A DNA stretch of 64,000 bases, taken from contig NC_086108.1 of NCBI RefSeq assembly GCF_963921235.1, positions 39,744,001 through 39,808,000 of the forward strand, given 5' to 3'. The notes below the pieces were generated by a model, which searched no databases, was not told the origin of the DNA, and worked only from the letters and a program-made list of their open reading frames with translations. Shown piece by piece: positions 44,969 through 57,160 of this stretch (within the stretch, counting starts at the first letter, position 1; each line of letters starts with the position of its first letter). This DNA is from Mobula hypostoma (lineage: Eukaryota). A program made the position numbers and the translations under genes.

Positions 44969-45740
44969 AATCAATTCAGATTCATTAAAAAAATGGACTC
45001 ATTGAGTTCCATGAGCCGGTAATCACTGGATGATCAGAGGTGGAGAAGGTCAGTCGCTTTAAATTCCTGTTTGTCACTCGGAGGACCTCTCATGGACCCA
45101 TCATATAAATATAATTGCAAAGAAAGCATGACAGTGTCTCTTCTTTCTCAGGAGGCTGTGGAGATTCGGTATGTCATCAAAAACCTTGGCAGACGTGTAG
45201 ATATGTGGTGGAAAGTGTGCTGACTGGCTGCATTACAGCCTGGTGTGGGAACATCAATGCCTTTGAGTGGAAAATCCTACAAAAGTTAGTGGATTTGGCC
45301 CTGTACATCACAGGTAATACTCTCCCAACTATTGAGCCCATCTAAACGAATTGTTGTAGAAAAACAGCATCCATCATCAAAGATCCTCACCACTCTATGC
45401 CATGTTCTTTTCTCGCTGCTGCAATCAGGTAGAAGGTACAAGTTCCTCAGGACTTGCACCACCAGGTTCAAGAACAGTTACTACCTCTCAACCATCAGGC
45501 TCTTAAACAAAAGGGGATAACTACACTCGTTATATTTCTGGTGTTCCTACAACCAATGGTCTCACTTTAAGGACTCTTTATCTTGTTATTTCATGCTCGT
45601 TATTTATTGCTATTTGCACAGTTTCTTGTCCGTTGATCCTGTTTACAGTTACTGTTGTATGGATTTGTAAATATGCCCATAGAAATCTCAGGGTTGTATG
45701 TGGTGTCATCTAAGTACTCTGATAGTAAATTTTACTTTGA
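44969..45740 (+). mobile_element. Rex1/Babar LINE 3' fragment nested in CR1
   Basis: YVVESVLTGCITAWCG and FSLLQSGRRYKFLRTCTTRFKNSYY motifs; CR1 flank GTCTCACT|GCACACTG continuous across it. Confidence 0.87.
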
Positions 45741-45841
45741 ACTGCACACTGCCTCTGCTTGTTTATCGACTGCCCTATCATCAGCCCTATCACTCAGTTC
45801 CCCTCCTCCCACCAATTTAGTTTAAACCCTCCTTATCGGTT

Positions 45842-46735
45842 CTAGCAAACCTGCCCGCAAGGATATTGGTCCCCCGTGGGTCCAGGTGTCCTTATGTACA
45901 GGTCATATCTTTTCCAAAAGAGATCCCAATTATCCAGAAATCTGAAATCCTGCAATCTGCAGCAGTTCCTCAGCCACGCATTCATCTTCCAAATCATCCT
46001 AGTAATATGCTCAGTGGCACATGGCACAGGCAGTAATCCAGAGATTACTACCCTGGAGGTCCTGCTTTTCAGCTTTCTACCTAGCTCCCCAAGTACTTTC
46101 TTCCGGACCTCCTCCCTTTTCCTACCTATGTCACTTGTGTCAATATGTACCAACACTTCTGCCTGCTCACCCTCCCCCTTTAAAGTGCTGTGGACCCGAT
46201 CTGAGATGTCCCTGACCCTGGGAACTGGGAGGCAACATACCATCCACGTGTCTCTGTTGCATCCATGGAATCTCCTGTTTACTCCTCTAACTGTGGAATC
46301 CTCTGTCACTGCTGCTGTCCTCTTCTTCCTCCTCCTGAGCCATAGTGCCAGACCCAGTGCTAAAGACCTGATGGCTGCAGCTTCTCCCTGGTAGGTTGTT
46401 TCCTGCCCCCCCCCCCAACAATATCCAAAGCGATATACTTATTATTGAAAGGAATGGCGACAGGGGTATTCTGCACTAGCTATCCATTTCCTTTCCCTCT
46501 CCTGACAGTCACACAGGTGCATGCCTCCTGGAACCTATTGGCGACTAACTCCCTATAGCTCCTATTTGTCACTTCCTCAGTTTCCCTTACGAGCCGAAGG
46601 TCATCAAGCTGCAGCTCCAGTTCCTTAACATGGTCTCTGAGGAGCTGCAGCTCAGTGCACCTGATGCAGATCTGATTATCTGGGAGCCTGAAGGTCTCCT
46701 AGAATTCCCAAATTTCTCACAGCCCCTGGTGCCAT
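45842..46735 (-). pseudogene. CR1 ORF1 remnant (N-terminal Cys/coiled-coil region + SGNH esterase-like domain)
   Basis: ORF 45842..46309: DSTVRG, VCCLP..RVRDI, VLVHIDTSDIG, RVVISGLLPVP, NAWLRNCC..FRFLDNWDLFW; upstream ICIRCTELQLLRDHVKELELQLDDLR; ATG at 46733-35. Confidence 0.82.
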
Positions 46736-49044
46736 CCTCAGCTCTAAGTATGCAGTAACAGGAAGAATGAAGAAGAAACTTACCAGTTACTTACCTCGCT
46801 CAAGCCTCCCCACTCCAACATTGGTCCACTCCAAAAATTGCCACTCCCTGCCCTACTTTTATTTTCCCTTGCTAATGATCTATGATTTGATTGGACCACT
46901 GGAAAAATGGGTCTGAGGTGGGAGTGAGAGGTGTTAGGAAGATAGCTGGAGGAAGCATGTCAGGTGATTTTTATTTTGGGGGGGATTTATTTTCATGCAG
47001 TGCAATATACTGCTGTTACTGCCTTCAAGAGTGTCCTGCTCCATAAAAGGGGGTGGGGGAATATTAACTTGCCCTACAAACTGCAGGCTTATCTGGCTTT
47101 TCATTACTGATGGAATATTATTTTGCACTTGAAATTACCGCTAGATTTTATTCTGCTCAAGTGGGCTTAATCTAAGCATTTTGTATAGTCTGCAAAGTAG
47201 ATTTTTTTAATTGAATTCTCTTTCATTTGAATTACTCTTTTGAAATTACGAGGTCAGTTGCGGGTCTGTTTGAATGAGCAGTGGTGCTCAGTACAGAATT
47301 AATTGACCTACTATAGCAAGGTTTTAAATTGCTGCAGAACACTTACTAAGGTAATTTGATGACTTTGGCTTGCCTAATTTAGTAACTAAAAGTTTGTTTT
47401 AAATTAAAAAGCAGAAAACTACTTATAATTTTGATTTATTTTTTGGATGGGATTCTCTGATGAGAAAGGACATAATGTAAGGGACTAGAAATATTATATA
47501 GCTTTACTTTGATAAATAATTACATTTTATCTGCAAAAATTGCACTCATTCATCAATTCATTACACTTATTAGTTGTACTTTCCATTTATATGACATAAA
47601 ATTTCAGAAGTGGCTTGCAATCAATCTGTTATGTGGCATCAAAGAGTGCTTTTTATTTTTTTTAAAGTTCTTTACCACCAAAATTAAAAGCACATTTTCT
47701 GTATTGTGCTGAATAGTTCTGTGTTATTTCAATGGATTGTTCAGCAGTCAAAAATAATTAGATAATTTTGCTGAAACAATAAATCTGAATTAAAATTAAC
47801 ATCATGCTTGTGTTATCGAAGTCATGAAATTATTCTTGTCAAAACATCTTAAGAGGTGTGAGAATTTTATATCTGCTAAATTTTCTGCATTGTATTTTAC
47901 CATGCGTTTATGTATGTATCTACTCATTAATACTCATCTCCTGCTCTTCTGATCCATTTTCTACAAAGATCTGATTGCTTAACTTCTTTTTATGATCTCC
48001 CTATTCGCTGATATTATTCCTAACTTCAATCAGAGTTGTTAGTTCTTAAAGATAAAAATCCCAGAACCTATTAGCATTGTTCCTTAACAAAATGCTTGAA
48101 AATGTTTTTGTATCCCAAATCTACATCCATCGTTGCCACATATTTTCATCCCTGTAGCAGTACTAAAATGATTCTTATTAAATTCGTAATTGATATGATG
48201 TGACTATTAGTGTGAAAACTCTGTCTGACAATGCACTACTTACTTCTCTATCACATTTGTATTCTTCAGTACTGGTTATCATTGCAGTCTTTCTCCAAAG
48301 CCTTTTGTTGCCTGGTATGGTCTGCTTTGTTGTGCTCTATGTTGTTTTGCTGAGCTTTGTCGGCGACTCTTGAGGGCGGCCTCCAGCACATCCTTGGGTG
48401 TGTTGGTGGTTAATGCAAATGGCACATTTCACAGTATGTTTTCATGTACATGTGATAAATAAATCAGAATCTGAAAATCTGAATCAAAGAAATCTTTAAG
48501 AATGAAAGAATAATAGATCCTGTATGTTGAATATTTTATGTATAAGAAAATGATTTTTTTCTGTTGAAGCAGTGAGATGCGTTAATGTTAATTAATTGAA
48601 AGAAAACTAGTATTTCTGTTGGAGATCTCTTGAGTTTCATGATCCTTCTTTTCATGTAAATTCCATGCTTGGCATTCATTTGTATGTACAGGTATATGCT
48701 TGTTTGCAACTTTCCCATTTACTGAGCATGCAGAATTTGTTATTTGTAGGCAAATTTCCTGCAAATTTGTTATTTCAATCTATATTGTTGCTATTGATAA
48801 CTCTCATGGAAAATGACATTTTGGGCAATAAAAAATATCCTGGATTGCTGTAACAGTATGCATGTACAGTGTGAAATACAATCATTCTTTCTTTGAGGTC
48901 TTATTCTTCCTTATTCTTCTGGAAAAAAAAACTTATATTCTGATGCTGTTCACATTGTTACTTATATTGTGTTTTTAAATGCTTATGCTGCTCCTTTCTT
49001 TAACTTGGATTTTATAATGACTTTATCAGCAACATTACTGCAGA

Positions 49045-49241
49045 TACTCTCATAGCTTCTTCCACCAGGCCATCAGACTGATTAACTCACGCTGATTAGA
49101 GTGTATTTCTATGTTATATTGACTGTTCTGTTGATTATAAATTACTATGATTGCACATTGCACATTTAGAGATGTAACGTAAAGAGTTTTACTCCTCATG
49201 TATGTGAAGGATGTGAGAAATAAAGTCAGTTCAATTCAATA
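49045..49241 (+). mobile_element. Rex1/Babar-type LINE 3' end
   Basis: AGCTTCTTCCACCAGGCCATCAGACTG (SFFHQAIRL) followed by 3' UTR ending AATAAAGTCAGTTCAATTCAAT. Confidence 0.75.
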
Positions 49242-49242
49242 A

Positions 49243-49449
49243 TCACAGGAGATTCTGCAGATAGGTGTTGGATATCTTGAGAACACAAACTGAAGTCAGG
49301 CAACATCTATGGAGGGGTATAACGGTTGACGTTTCAGGTTGAGGCTCTTCATCAGTACTCCTGAAGGACCTTAGCCCAAAACATCGACTGTTTATTCCTC
49401 TCCTTAGATGCTGCCTGACCTGCTGAGTTTTCCAGCATTTTTGTGTGAT
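49243..49449. mobile_element. Older fold-back PLE terminal mini-element with two opposed hammerhead-derived motifs
   Basis: Minus arm with tail and CTGATGA...TGAAACGTC (about 49324-49359); plus arm TGAAGGACCTTAGCCCAAAACATCGACTG...AGATGCTGCCTGACCTGCTGAG. No clear TSD. Confidence 0.8.
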
Positions 49450-50636
49450 ACATTCATAAATAATGATGCTGTGACTATGTTTGTGTTCCTGGCCAGTTTG
49501 TAATTCTCTTTCAGAAAAGGTTGTATTAATTCTGATGTTTTTGGTTGGCCTATATCTCATAATGTGATGTCTGTTCATGTAAGAAGAAACAAAATAGCAC
49601 TTAATTTTAATAGGCTGGTTCTTGTTGAATCTTGCTGCACCTGATTATTTGACCTGTGGCTTTTGAATAGTTTCTGAATGCTTTTTGCTTTCAGCAACAC
49701 AAACTACTGTACTGAATTTAATGTAAATAATTAACTACATTTAAAGATTAATTAAAACATTTAAAAATCATTGAAGATGGAGTAAACAATTTTATTTCCT
49801 TTTCCCTATTACAACAATCATCTCACCGGCTCTTCAAGGCTTTGCCGCTCTCAGAACGATTCCCCACAAAATTTGCCATATCTCTTCTATTTTCCTGTAA
49901 CCTATTTTCTTTCACATAACCATTAATGCCACTCCGATTCTCCTACCATCTATGTCCACTCGGACTGAGTACCTAATTAATTTCTTCACTTTTACCCTTT
50001 TAGTCGGAGATTCCCTGATTTTGTTAATGGTTTGTGAATGTCCGGAACATTTAATCCCCATCCCTAATTCCTCAGTGGATGCATGTGCCTATTGAATATG
50101 CTCTTCTAGATTCCTTCCCCCCCCTCCCCCCCCCTATTATATATACTATATATTCTGAGTTCTGAATCCCTTTTGTATGTTGTGGAGTGCTGTTGTCACA
50201 ATGCATTTGATTCAGGTAAATGTCATTCTGTCATTACCCCTCTGCAAAACAATAAGCAAGCACACCCCACACATATGATTGCAAGAAAAAAGTTTGTGAA
50301 CCCTTTACAATTGCCTGGTTTTCTGCATTAATTTTCATAAAATGTGATCTGATCTTCATCTACGTCACAATAATAGACAAACACAATCTGCCTAAACTAA
50401 TAACACACAACAATTGTACCACTTCTCGTCAATACCGAGTTCACCATTTAAACAATCACAGTCTTGGTTCAAAAAAGTATGGGAACCTCTGGGCTAATGC
50501 CTTCTACAAAAGCTATTTGGAATCAGGTGTTTCATTCAATAAGTTGAGATTAGGGGTGTGGGTTGTTGAGGTGCTCTGCCCTATAAAATGGACAGCACAA
50601 AGTTAGGTTACTAAGAAAGATCTGTTTATGTGCACC

Positions 50637-51619
50637 ATGCCTTGATCAAATCAACTTTCAGAGGACCTTAGAAGGAGAATTATAGAGATGCATGAAGCTG
50701 GAAAAGGCTATAAATGCACTTCTGAAGACCTGAGTGGTAATCAGTCCATAGTAAGAGAAATTGTATACAAATGGAAGAAATTCAGTACTGTTGCTTCTCT
50801 CATTAGGAGAGGGCATCCTGCAAAGATTACACCAAGAGCACAACATGCAATGCTGAAAGAGGTGAAAAAGAACCCAAGGGTAATAGCAAAAGACCTGCAG
50901 AAATCTCTAGAACTTGCTAAAATCTCTGTTCTTGTGCCCACTATAAGTAAACACTGAACAAGAATAGTGTTCATGGAAGGATCCGCAGAGGAAACTATTG
51001 CTCTCCAAAATAAAAAAAAACATTGCTGCACATTTCAGGTTTGCAAAAGTCCACCTGAATGTTCCACAATACTTCTGGGACAATGTTCTGTGGCCACAAT
51101 GGACAAATATTGAACTCTTTGGCGGAAATGCACACTGCTGGATTTGGAGGGGAAAAGGGCACTGTACACCAAAACCTCATCCCAACTGGGAAGCATGGTG
51201 GAAGGAGCATCATGGGTTGGGGCTGCTTTGCTTTCTCAGGGCCTGAACAGCTTGCAATCGTTGAGGGAACAATGAATTCAAAATTGTATCAAGACATTTT
51301 ACAGGAGAATGTCAGGGTAGCGGTCTGTCACCTGAAGCTTAATAGAAGTTGGATGATGCAACAAGACAAGGATCTGAAACACAAAAGTAAATCTTGGAGT
51401 AGCCAAGTCAGAGTCTAGCTTTAACCCAATTGAGATGCTGTGGCATGACCTGAAGAGGGCTGTTCATGCAAGGTGTCCCAAAAATATTGATGAACTTAAA
51501 CTGTTTGCCATGGAGGAATGGTCTAAATTCCTACTCGCCATTATGTAAGTCTGATTAGCAGCTACAGGAAATGATTGGTGGAGGTTATTGTTGCTTACGG
51601 AGGTTCTACCAGTTATTAA
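50637..51619 (+). pseudogene. Tc1 transposase pseudogene
   Basis: MP*SNQLSEDLRRRIIEMHEAGKGYK, GHPAKIT (GRPR-like), FWDNVLW, KHGGRSIMGWGCF, MQQDKD.KH, NPIEMLW; stops, frameshifts and a deletion in the DDE region. Confidence 0.9.
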
Positions 51620-51694
51620 ATACAAGGGTTCACATACTTTTTCTAGCCTGGGCTGTGAGTGATTAAGCAATGTGTTCAATAAAGGCACGAAAAG

Positions 51695-52181
51695 AATCAG
51701 AATCAGGTTTAATATCACCAACATATGCTGTGAAATTTGCTGACTTAGTGTTAGCATTACAATGCAATACATGATAATATAGAAAAAAATAAGTTAATCA
51801 GTTACAGTAAATATAGGTATATATATTAAATAGTTAAATTTTTAAAAAGTGCAAAAACAGAAATAATATTTTTAAAAAAGTGAGATAGTGTTCATGATTT
51901 CAGTGTCCATTTAGGAATCAGATGGCAGAAGAGAAGAAACTAAGAAACTGTCCCTGAAACACTGAGTATGTGTCTTCAGGCTTCTGTACCTCCTTCCTGA
52001 TGGTAACAATGAGAAGAGGGCATGTTCTGGGTGATGGGGGTCCTTAATAATGGGCACTGCTTCTTGAAGATGTCTCGGATGCTATGGAGGCTAGAACCCA
52101 AGATGGAGCTGACTAATCTTACAACTTTCAGTAGCTACTTTCGATCCTGTGTAGTAGCTTCTTTCAATCATGCACAGGATT
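51695..52181 (-). mobile_element. Rex1/Babar LINE 3' fragment inserted in the Tc1 right TIR
   Basis: (GAATCA)n tail on plus strand; minus-strand FSLLPSGRRYRSLK; 6-bp TSD GAAAAG (51689-94, 52182-87). Confidence 0.85.
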
Positions 52182-53149
52182 GAAAAGTACAATTGTTTGC
52201 GTTTTATTAGGTTAGGCAGATTGTGTTTGTCTATTATTGTGACTTAGATGAAGATCAGATCACATTTTATGAGTAATTAATGCAGAAAGCAGGTAATTGC
52301 AAAAGGTTTACAAACTTTTTCTTGCAACTATACTTGTTATATTGAATATCAATGATGCTATTAAATGTTGAATGTGTCAAGACTTCTGAAGATGGCGATG
52401 ATCATAACGCAAAAATATTGTTTTTAATCTTGTGAAAAGAATCACTCACATTGTTCATTCCTCAGTTCAAATAGAAATACATTTATTTGACCCAATCTGG
52501 CACTTGTAGTTGAGAGATGGTAGTCTACACATTCCGAAAATTTATGCTGAATATGGTATTTTACATATAATTAAAGAGATGGTACAGGCATTGCTTATGT
52601 GCACATATTTTTATTATTTGGAGCTATTGAAAGAAAACAGTGCAATTATTTATAAACATACCAATTTTTGATGTTTTGATGAAAAGATCAATAATAAAGG
52701 GTAAAAATACATTGTTCTGGAAACTTCTGTTGTGATGGTGTCTACTTGTTCTATAATGTTATTTTAGTGAAGGCTAAACCATAAGATATTTCTTTCACAT
52801 TTAGCTCAAGGCTCTGTGTAATGACTTGATCTGTATAAATAATATGCAAGATGAGCATTTCATTGTATCTTGGTACATGTGATAATAATACACCAATATA
52901 GCTATGCTGTGCTCTAAAATACCAATATAGAAACTCTGTTTATAACTGCTGAGTAAAACTTCTCTGAACCAGTGTGGTATGTTTGGCATTCTCAGTGATT
53001 GTATTTTATGGGTATCCTAAACTACCATACTTTAGTCTTGTACATGTTAAATATTATTTCTAATTCAACATATTGTACCAAAGATATTCATATTTTATGA
53101 CCTCATCTGTTTGTTTTTCCATGTTTTAAAAACTTGCCACAAAAGTATG

Positions 53150-53615
53150 TCTATGGTCACCATGTTGTTGGAAAGATGCTGTCAAATTGGAGAGCATATG
53201 GAAAAGATTTGGAAAGATACTGCCTGGACTAGAGGCTGTGAAATGTAGGGAGAGAATCTTATTTCTGGAGCATAGGAAAATGAGAGAGATCCTGCAGGTT
53301 TATAAAATCATGAGGGGAATAGACTAGGTGGATGGATGGTCATAGTCATTTCCCAGAGTTGGTGAGTCTAAAACTAGAAAGCACAGATACAAGATAAGAG
53401 GAGATACTTAAAGGAGACTGGAGAAGTAACTTCTTTATACAGAGGGTTGTGAGAATCTGGAATGAGTTGCCTGAGGAAGTGGTCAAGGTGGGTACAATTG
53501 CAATGTCTAAGAGGCATTAGATAGGTTCACAGAGGGAATGGCTTGGTGTAACAGAGAGGTGTCGTTGGCATGGACCAGATAGGCTGAAGGGCCTTTTTCT
53601 GTGCTCTGTTACTCT
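53150..53615 (+). mobile_element. Degenerate CR1 3' fragment
   Basis: TATAAAATCATGAGGGG, AACTTCTTTATACAGAGGGTTGTGAGAATCTGGAATGAG, GGCTGAAGGGCCT...TGTGCT 3' UTR. Confidence 0.8.
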
Positions 53616-54896
53616 AAGGTGCCACTACTTTTCCAGTCAGAACCATTTTCTTGCACGTCCCTTAAGATTCAAAAAATATGTTCATAAGTATTTTGAAAAT
53701 ATTCAGTGATGTGCTAAACCCCTCCCTGCTTTCTTGGGTATGGAATTCCAGTTTTAATGTCCTCGGTGTGAAGAAATTTCGCCTTGTCCTGAATAACTGA
53801 CTCCCTCATTTTGAGACTGTGACCTTGGATTTTTAGACACAGTAGCCGAAAGTAGTATCTTCATATATCCTGTCAAATCCCAGAAGAATTATGTATGTTT
53901 CAATGAGATCACATCTTAGGGTTTGAAACAAGTTATCTTCACTATTTTTCAACCACGAGTGTCTTAGGCACAAATAGTCCATCATGAGTACGGAGTGTTG
54001 TGATTCTACAGGGCAACTTGTGGAACTAAAACAAAACCTGCTTGTATAAACTACGCTTGTAGGAAACTTAGAAAAATATCAGAAATTGGCAAGACACCAA
54101 AACATCTTCACATAATAATGCTCTTTCAGACACAAATAGTCTTGCCCACTGCCTCCCTTCTTTGCATCTCATCCACCTACCTCTTCACATCTTGCACTTG
54201 CTCTTCCACATCACTGAAGTTTCCTATTCCTCTTCCTCATACAGTAATTTAGCCGCTTTCTTGAATATCATCACCTTCCTTTAGCCTCTGCACCTCCTCC
54301 CTCTCAAAGCACACTTGACTTTACTTTGTCTACTCACCTGGCAACATTCTCATTGATACATAATAGAATATAAAAACAATATTTTAAGAGCTGCACGTTG
54401 GGTTAATGGGAACCATCACTGGCTCTTTGCCATTGCTGTGAAAATGTCACTCTAAACTGTAATGGGTATAGGCAGCTGATTTGTTTGGAGCTTTGTATGT
54501 GAGATGTTTAGCATGTATATTAATCAAACTGAATCTTGTCCTCTGATTTTTTGATGTTTCTTGTAAAAACAGTAAATACTAAAGCCTTTGTAGTACAGAA
54601 TTATTATTTGCTCTTTGTAATTGTTGAAAAATTATCTATTTAGATATTGTTTTGTATTCTACTTCGACAAGCTCATCAGAATACGTGTATTCAAATGACT
54701 AGGGATGGTGTGGGTTCATAGAGGGTATTGTGGGCAGCAAGTTGCATATTTTAGGTGGGCTATCTTTAGCTTTTAGGTAGTTGCTAAGTATGCATTTATC
54801 AGTCTTTTGGGAAGTCTTTCTAAGTACTGTATACTTGCACTTGAGTTTGGAATTTTGAGTATTTTAGTTAATGTTCAGTTTTCTTGCATTTTTTAA

Positions 54897-55220
54897 AGAG
54901 GTGGATAGTCAGAGGTTTTTTCCCCAAGGCTGGAATGGCTAGCATGAGAGGGCACAGTTTTAAGGTGCTTGGAAGTAGGTACAGAGGAGATGTCAGGAGT
55001 AAGTTTTTTTTTAACGCAGAGAGTGGTGAGTGCATGGAATGAGCTGCTGGTGACGGTGGTAGAGGCATATACGATAGGGTCTTTTAAGAGACTCCTGGAC
55101 AGGTACATGAAGCTCAGAAAAACAGAGGGCTTTGGGTAACCCTCAGTAATTTCTATGTTAAGGACATGTTCGGCACAACTTTGTGGGCCGAAGGGCCTGT
55201 ATTGTGCTGTAGGTTTTCTA
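54897..55220 (+). mobile_element. CR1 3' end, same family as 1711-4510
   Basis: Matches 4200-4500 (GGGCACAGTTTTAAGGTGCTTGGAAGTAGGTAC...GGGCCTGTATTGTGCTGTAGGTTTTCTAT). Confidence 0.88.
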
Positions 55221-55224
55221 TATA

Positions 55225-55460
55225 TAGCACAGCAGCAGCCTCTTCTAGCCCAACAAGCCCATGCCACCCAATTATACCCATGTGACCAATTAACCTATTA
55301 ATCAGTATGTCTTTGGAGTGTGAGAGGAAACTGGATCACCTGCAGGAAATCATGTGGTCACTGGGAGAATGTACAAACTCTTCACAGATAGCATCAAAAT
55401 TGAGCCGGGGTTGCTGGCACTGTAGTCACATTACGATAACTGCCTCGCTACTGTGACACA
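55225..55460 (-). mobile_element. tRNA-derived V-SINE (HE1-like, elasmobranch)
   Basis: Minus strand contains GAGTTTGTACATTCTCCCAGTGACCACATG..TTTCC...CCAGTTTCCTCTCACACTCCAAAGAC (V-domain) preceded by a decayed tRNA-like head and followed by a CR1-like tail. Confidence 0.78.
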
Positions 55461-55979
55461 TTCTATCTCCATATCAGAGGAATATCTTTGTATTACAGAG
55501 ATGCTTTCAGAAATGTATTTATTTGGAATGGACATTGAAATATCCTGTAGTAAAATGTGGAACAATGGTGCAGGTAAAAATCTTCCTTACAAGAAAATCT
55601 GATTTTAAAAGAAGGAAATAATAGGACATTCATTGAGTCTTTTCTCTTGCTATATACTTCATGCAGATGTTGCAAAGACTGCACAGCAATATTTTGTTGA
55701 ATCTGATCATTTTGAAGTAAATTTTTCAGCGTGTTTACATGCAATGTTAGAAATCGTTTTGCATGAACAATTATAGTAAATATACACTTTGGAATAACAT
55801 GAAGTGGTGAGCTTTGGAAGTGTGTTTGACTTGACATGGACCAGAGCAGCAAAAGCGGTACTTTTTAAACTCCTAACATCTGAATTCCTAGGTATATCGT
55901 CATTTAGGCACCAAGCCTAATAAAGAAATATCAAGGTGAATTATAAAGCATAAAAGTTGTGTCTTGAGGTTCATCTTAA

Positions 55980-56265
55980 GGTATGGGAATGTCAAATGCT
56001 AGAGGGTATAGATTAAGGTGAGAGGAGGGAAGTTTCAAGGAGTTCTGTATAGTGTGTAGTACCTGGAATGCACTGCCAGGAGAGATGGTGAAAGCAGATA
56101 TGATAGCAACATTTAAGAGACATTTAGACAGGCATATGAACAGATAGGAGATTGAGGGAGATTGACTATATTGAGGCAGATGGGTTAAGTTTAAGTTGGC
56201 ATCATAGTTGGCACTGATATAATTGAGTGAATGGCCTATTCTTGTGCTGTATTGTGTTATGTCCC
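55980..56265 (+). mobile_element. CR1 3' fragment
   Basis: CTAGAGGGTATAGATTAAGGTGAGAGG...TGGAATGCACTGCCAGG...TTTAAGAGACATTTAGACAGGCATATGAA. Confidence 0.8.
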
Positions 56266-57064
56266 GTAGCATACAACGTGATTGATACTGGAATTTGCTG
56301 CAAGTTAGGACATGGGGAGGAGAGATAGAATGAATGACTCAGACTTCCCAGAAGTTTGTTGAAACTATCAGTTCTTCAGTTAACAGGAGAGTGAACATGA
56401 GCTTCAGAAACTGTTGGGGTGAGATAGAGCCAGGCAAAAGTATGTAGGTCCAAATAAGTGGTTAGAAACTAGAACAGTGCTGCATAGAACCTTTCCTGCT
56501 ACATAGCCTTTCATTGTTCTTTTATCTGTCTGCCTAAGAGTTTATTAAATGTACCTAATGTATCTGCCTCTACCATTACCCCTTGCAGTGCATTCTATGC
56601 ATTTACCACACTCTGTAAAAGAAAAACTACTATCTCTGACATTTCCCCACCACATACCTTTGTCCAGTCACCATATAAGTATGTTATCTGATATTAGCCA
56701 TTACCACTGCGGTGGGGGGGGGGGGGTTGCTTGTTGTCCACTTTATCTATGCCTCTTATCATCTTATACAACTCTATCAAGTTTCCTGTCTTCCTTCTTC
56801 ATTACAAAGAGAAAAGGTCTAGCTTGCTCAATCTTTCTTTGGAAGACATGTTCTCTAATCCAGGTAGCATCCTGGTAAATCTACTGTGCACTGTCTGTAA
56901 AGCTTCTGCATCCCTCGTGTAATGAGGTTACCAGAACTAAATACAATACTCCCAAGAGTGATCGATCTAGAGTTTTATAGAGTTGCAGCATTACCTTGTG
57001 GATCTTGAACTCAATCCCCCGACTAACAAAAGGCCAGCACACCCCCATACACTTAATTTGCATG

Positions 57065-57160
57065 CAACACACATAAATGCTGAAGGAACGCAGCAGGCCA
57101 GGCAGCATCTATAGGAAGAGGTACAGTCGACGTTTTGGGCTGAGACCCTTCGCCAGGACA
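57065..57160 (-). mobile_element. 96-bp PLE terminal mini-insertion beginning at the hammerhead motif
   Basis: 11-bp TSD TAATTTGCATG (57054-64, 57161-71); minus strand GTC-CTGGCGA-AGGGTCTCAGCCC-AAAAC-GTC-GAC (core mutated). Confidence 0.9.

Larger units (their letters stand above)
41331..46900 (-). mobile_element. Near full-length CR1 LINE (5' UTR, ORF1, ORF2, 3' tail) with three nested inserts
   Basis: Tail ATACCATAAGAC at 41331; RT ORFs 41916..42257 and 42872..43279; endonuclease N-terminus 44629..44841 (YDVVGIT..WL); ORF1 45842-46735. Colinear across inserts at 42277, 44316 and 44969. Confidence 0.92.
50276..52330 (+). mobile_element. Tc1-family DNA transposon, IR/DR type, full-length but inactivated
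   Basis: TA flanks (50274-75, 52331-32); long TIRs (TTGCAAGAAAAAAGTTTGTGAACC...CAATTGTAC) with inner direct repeats near 50471 and 51625. Right TIR interrupted by a LINE fragment. Confidence 0.93.

Noticed and set aside
50116..50135. C-rich tract (G-quadruplex potential on minus strand)
   Set aside because: Low-complexity homopolymer run with no supporting context; similar runs occur inside repeats elsewhere.
55667..55716. Candidate 50-nt exon (DVAKTAQQYFVESDHFE) between CAG and GTAAAT
   Set aside because: Weak donor, unrecognised peptide, no corroborating exons; cannot be supported without RNA data.
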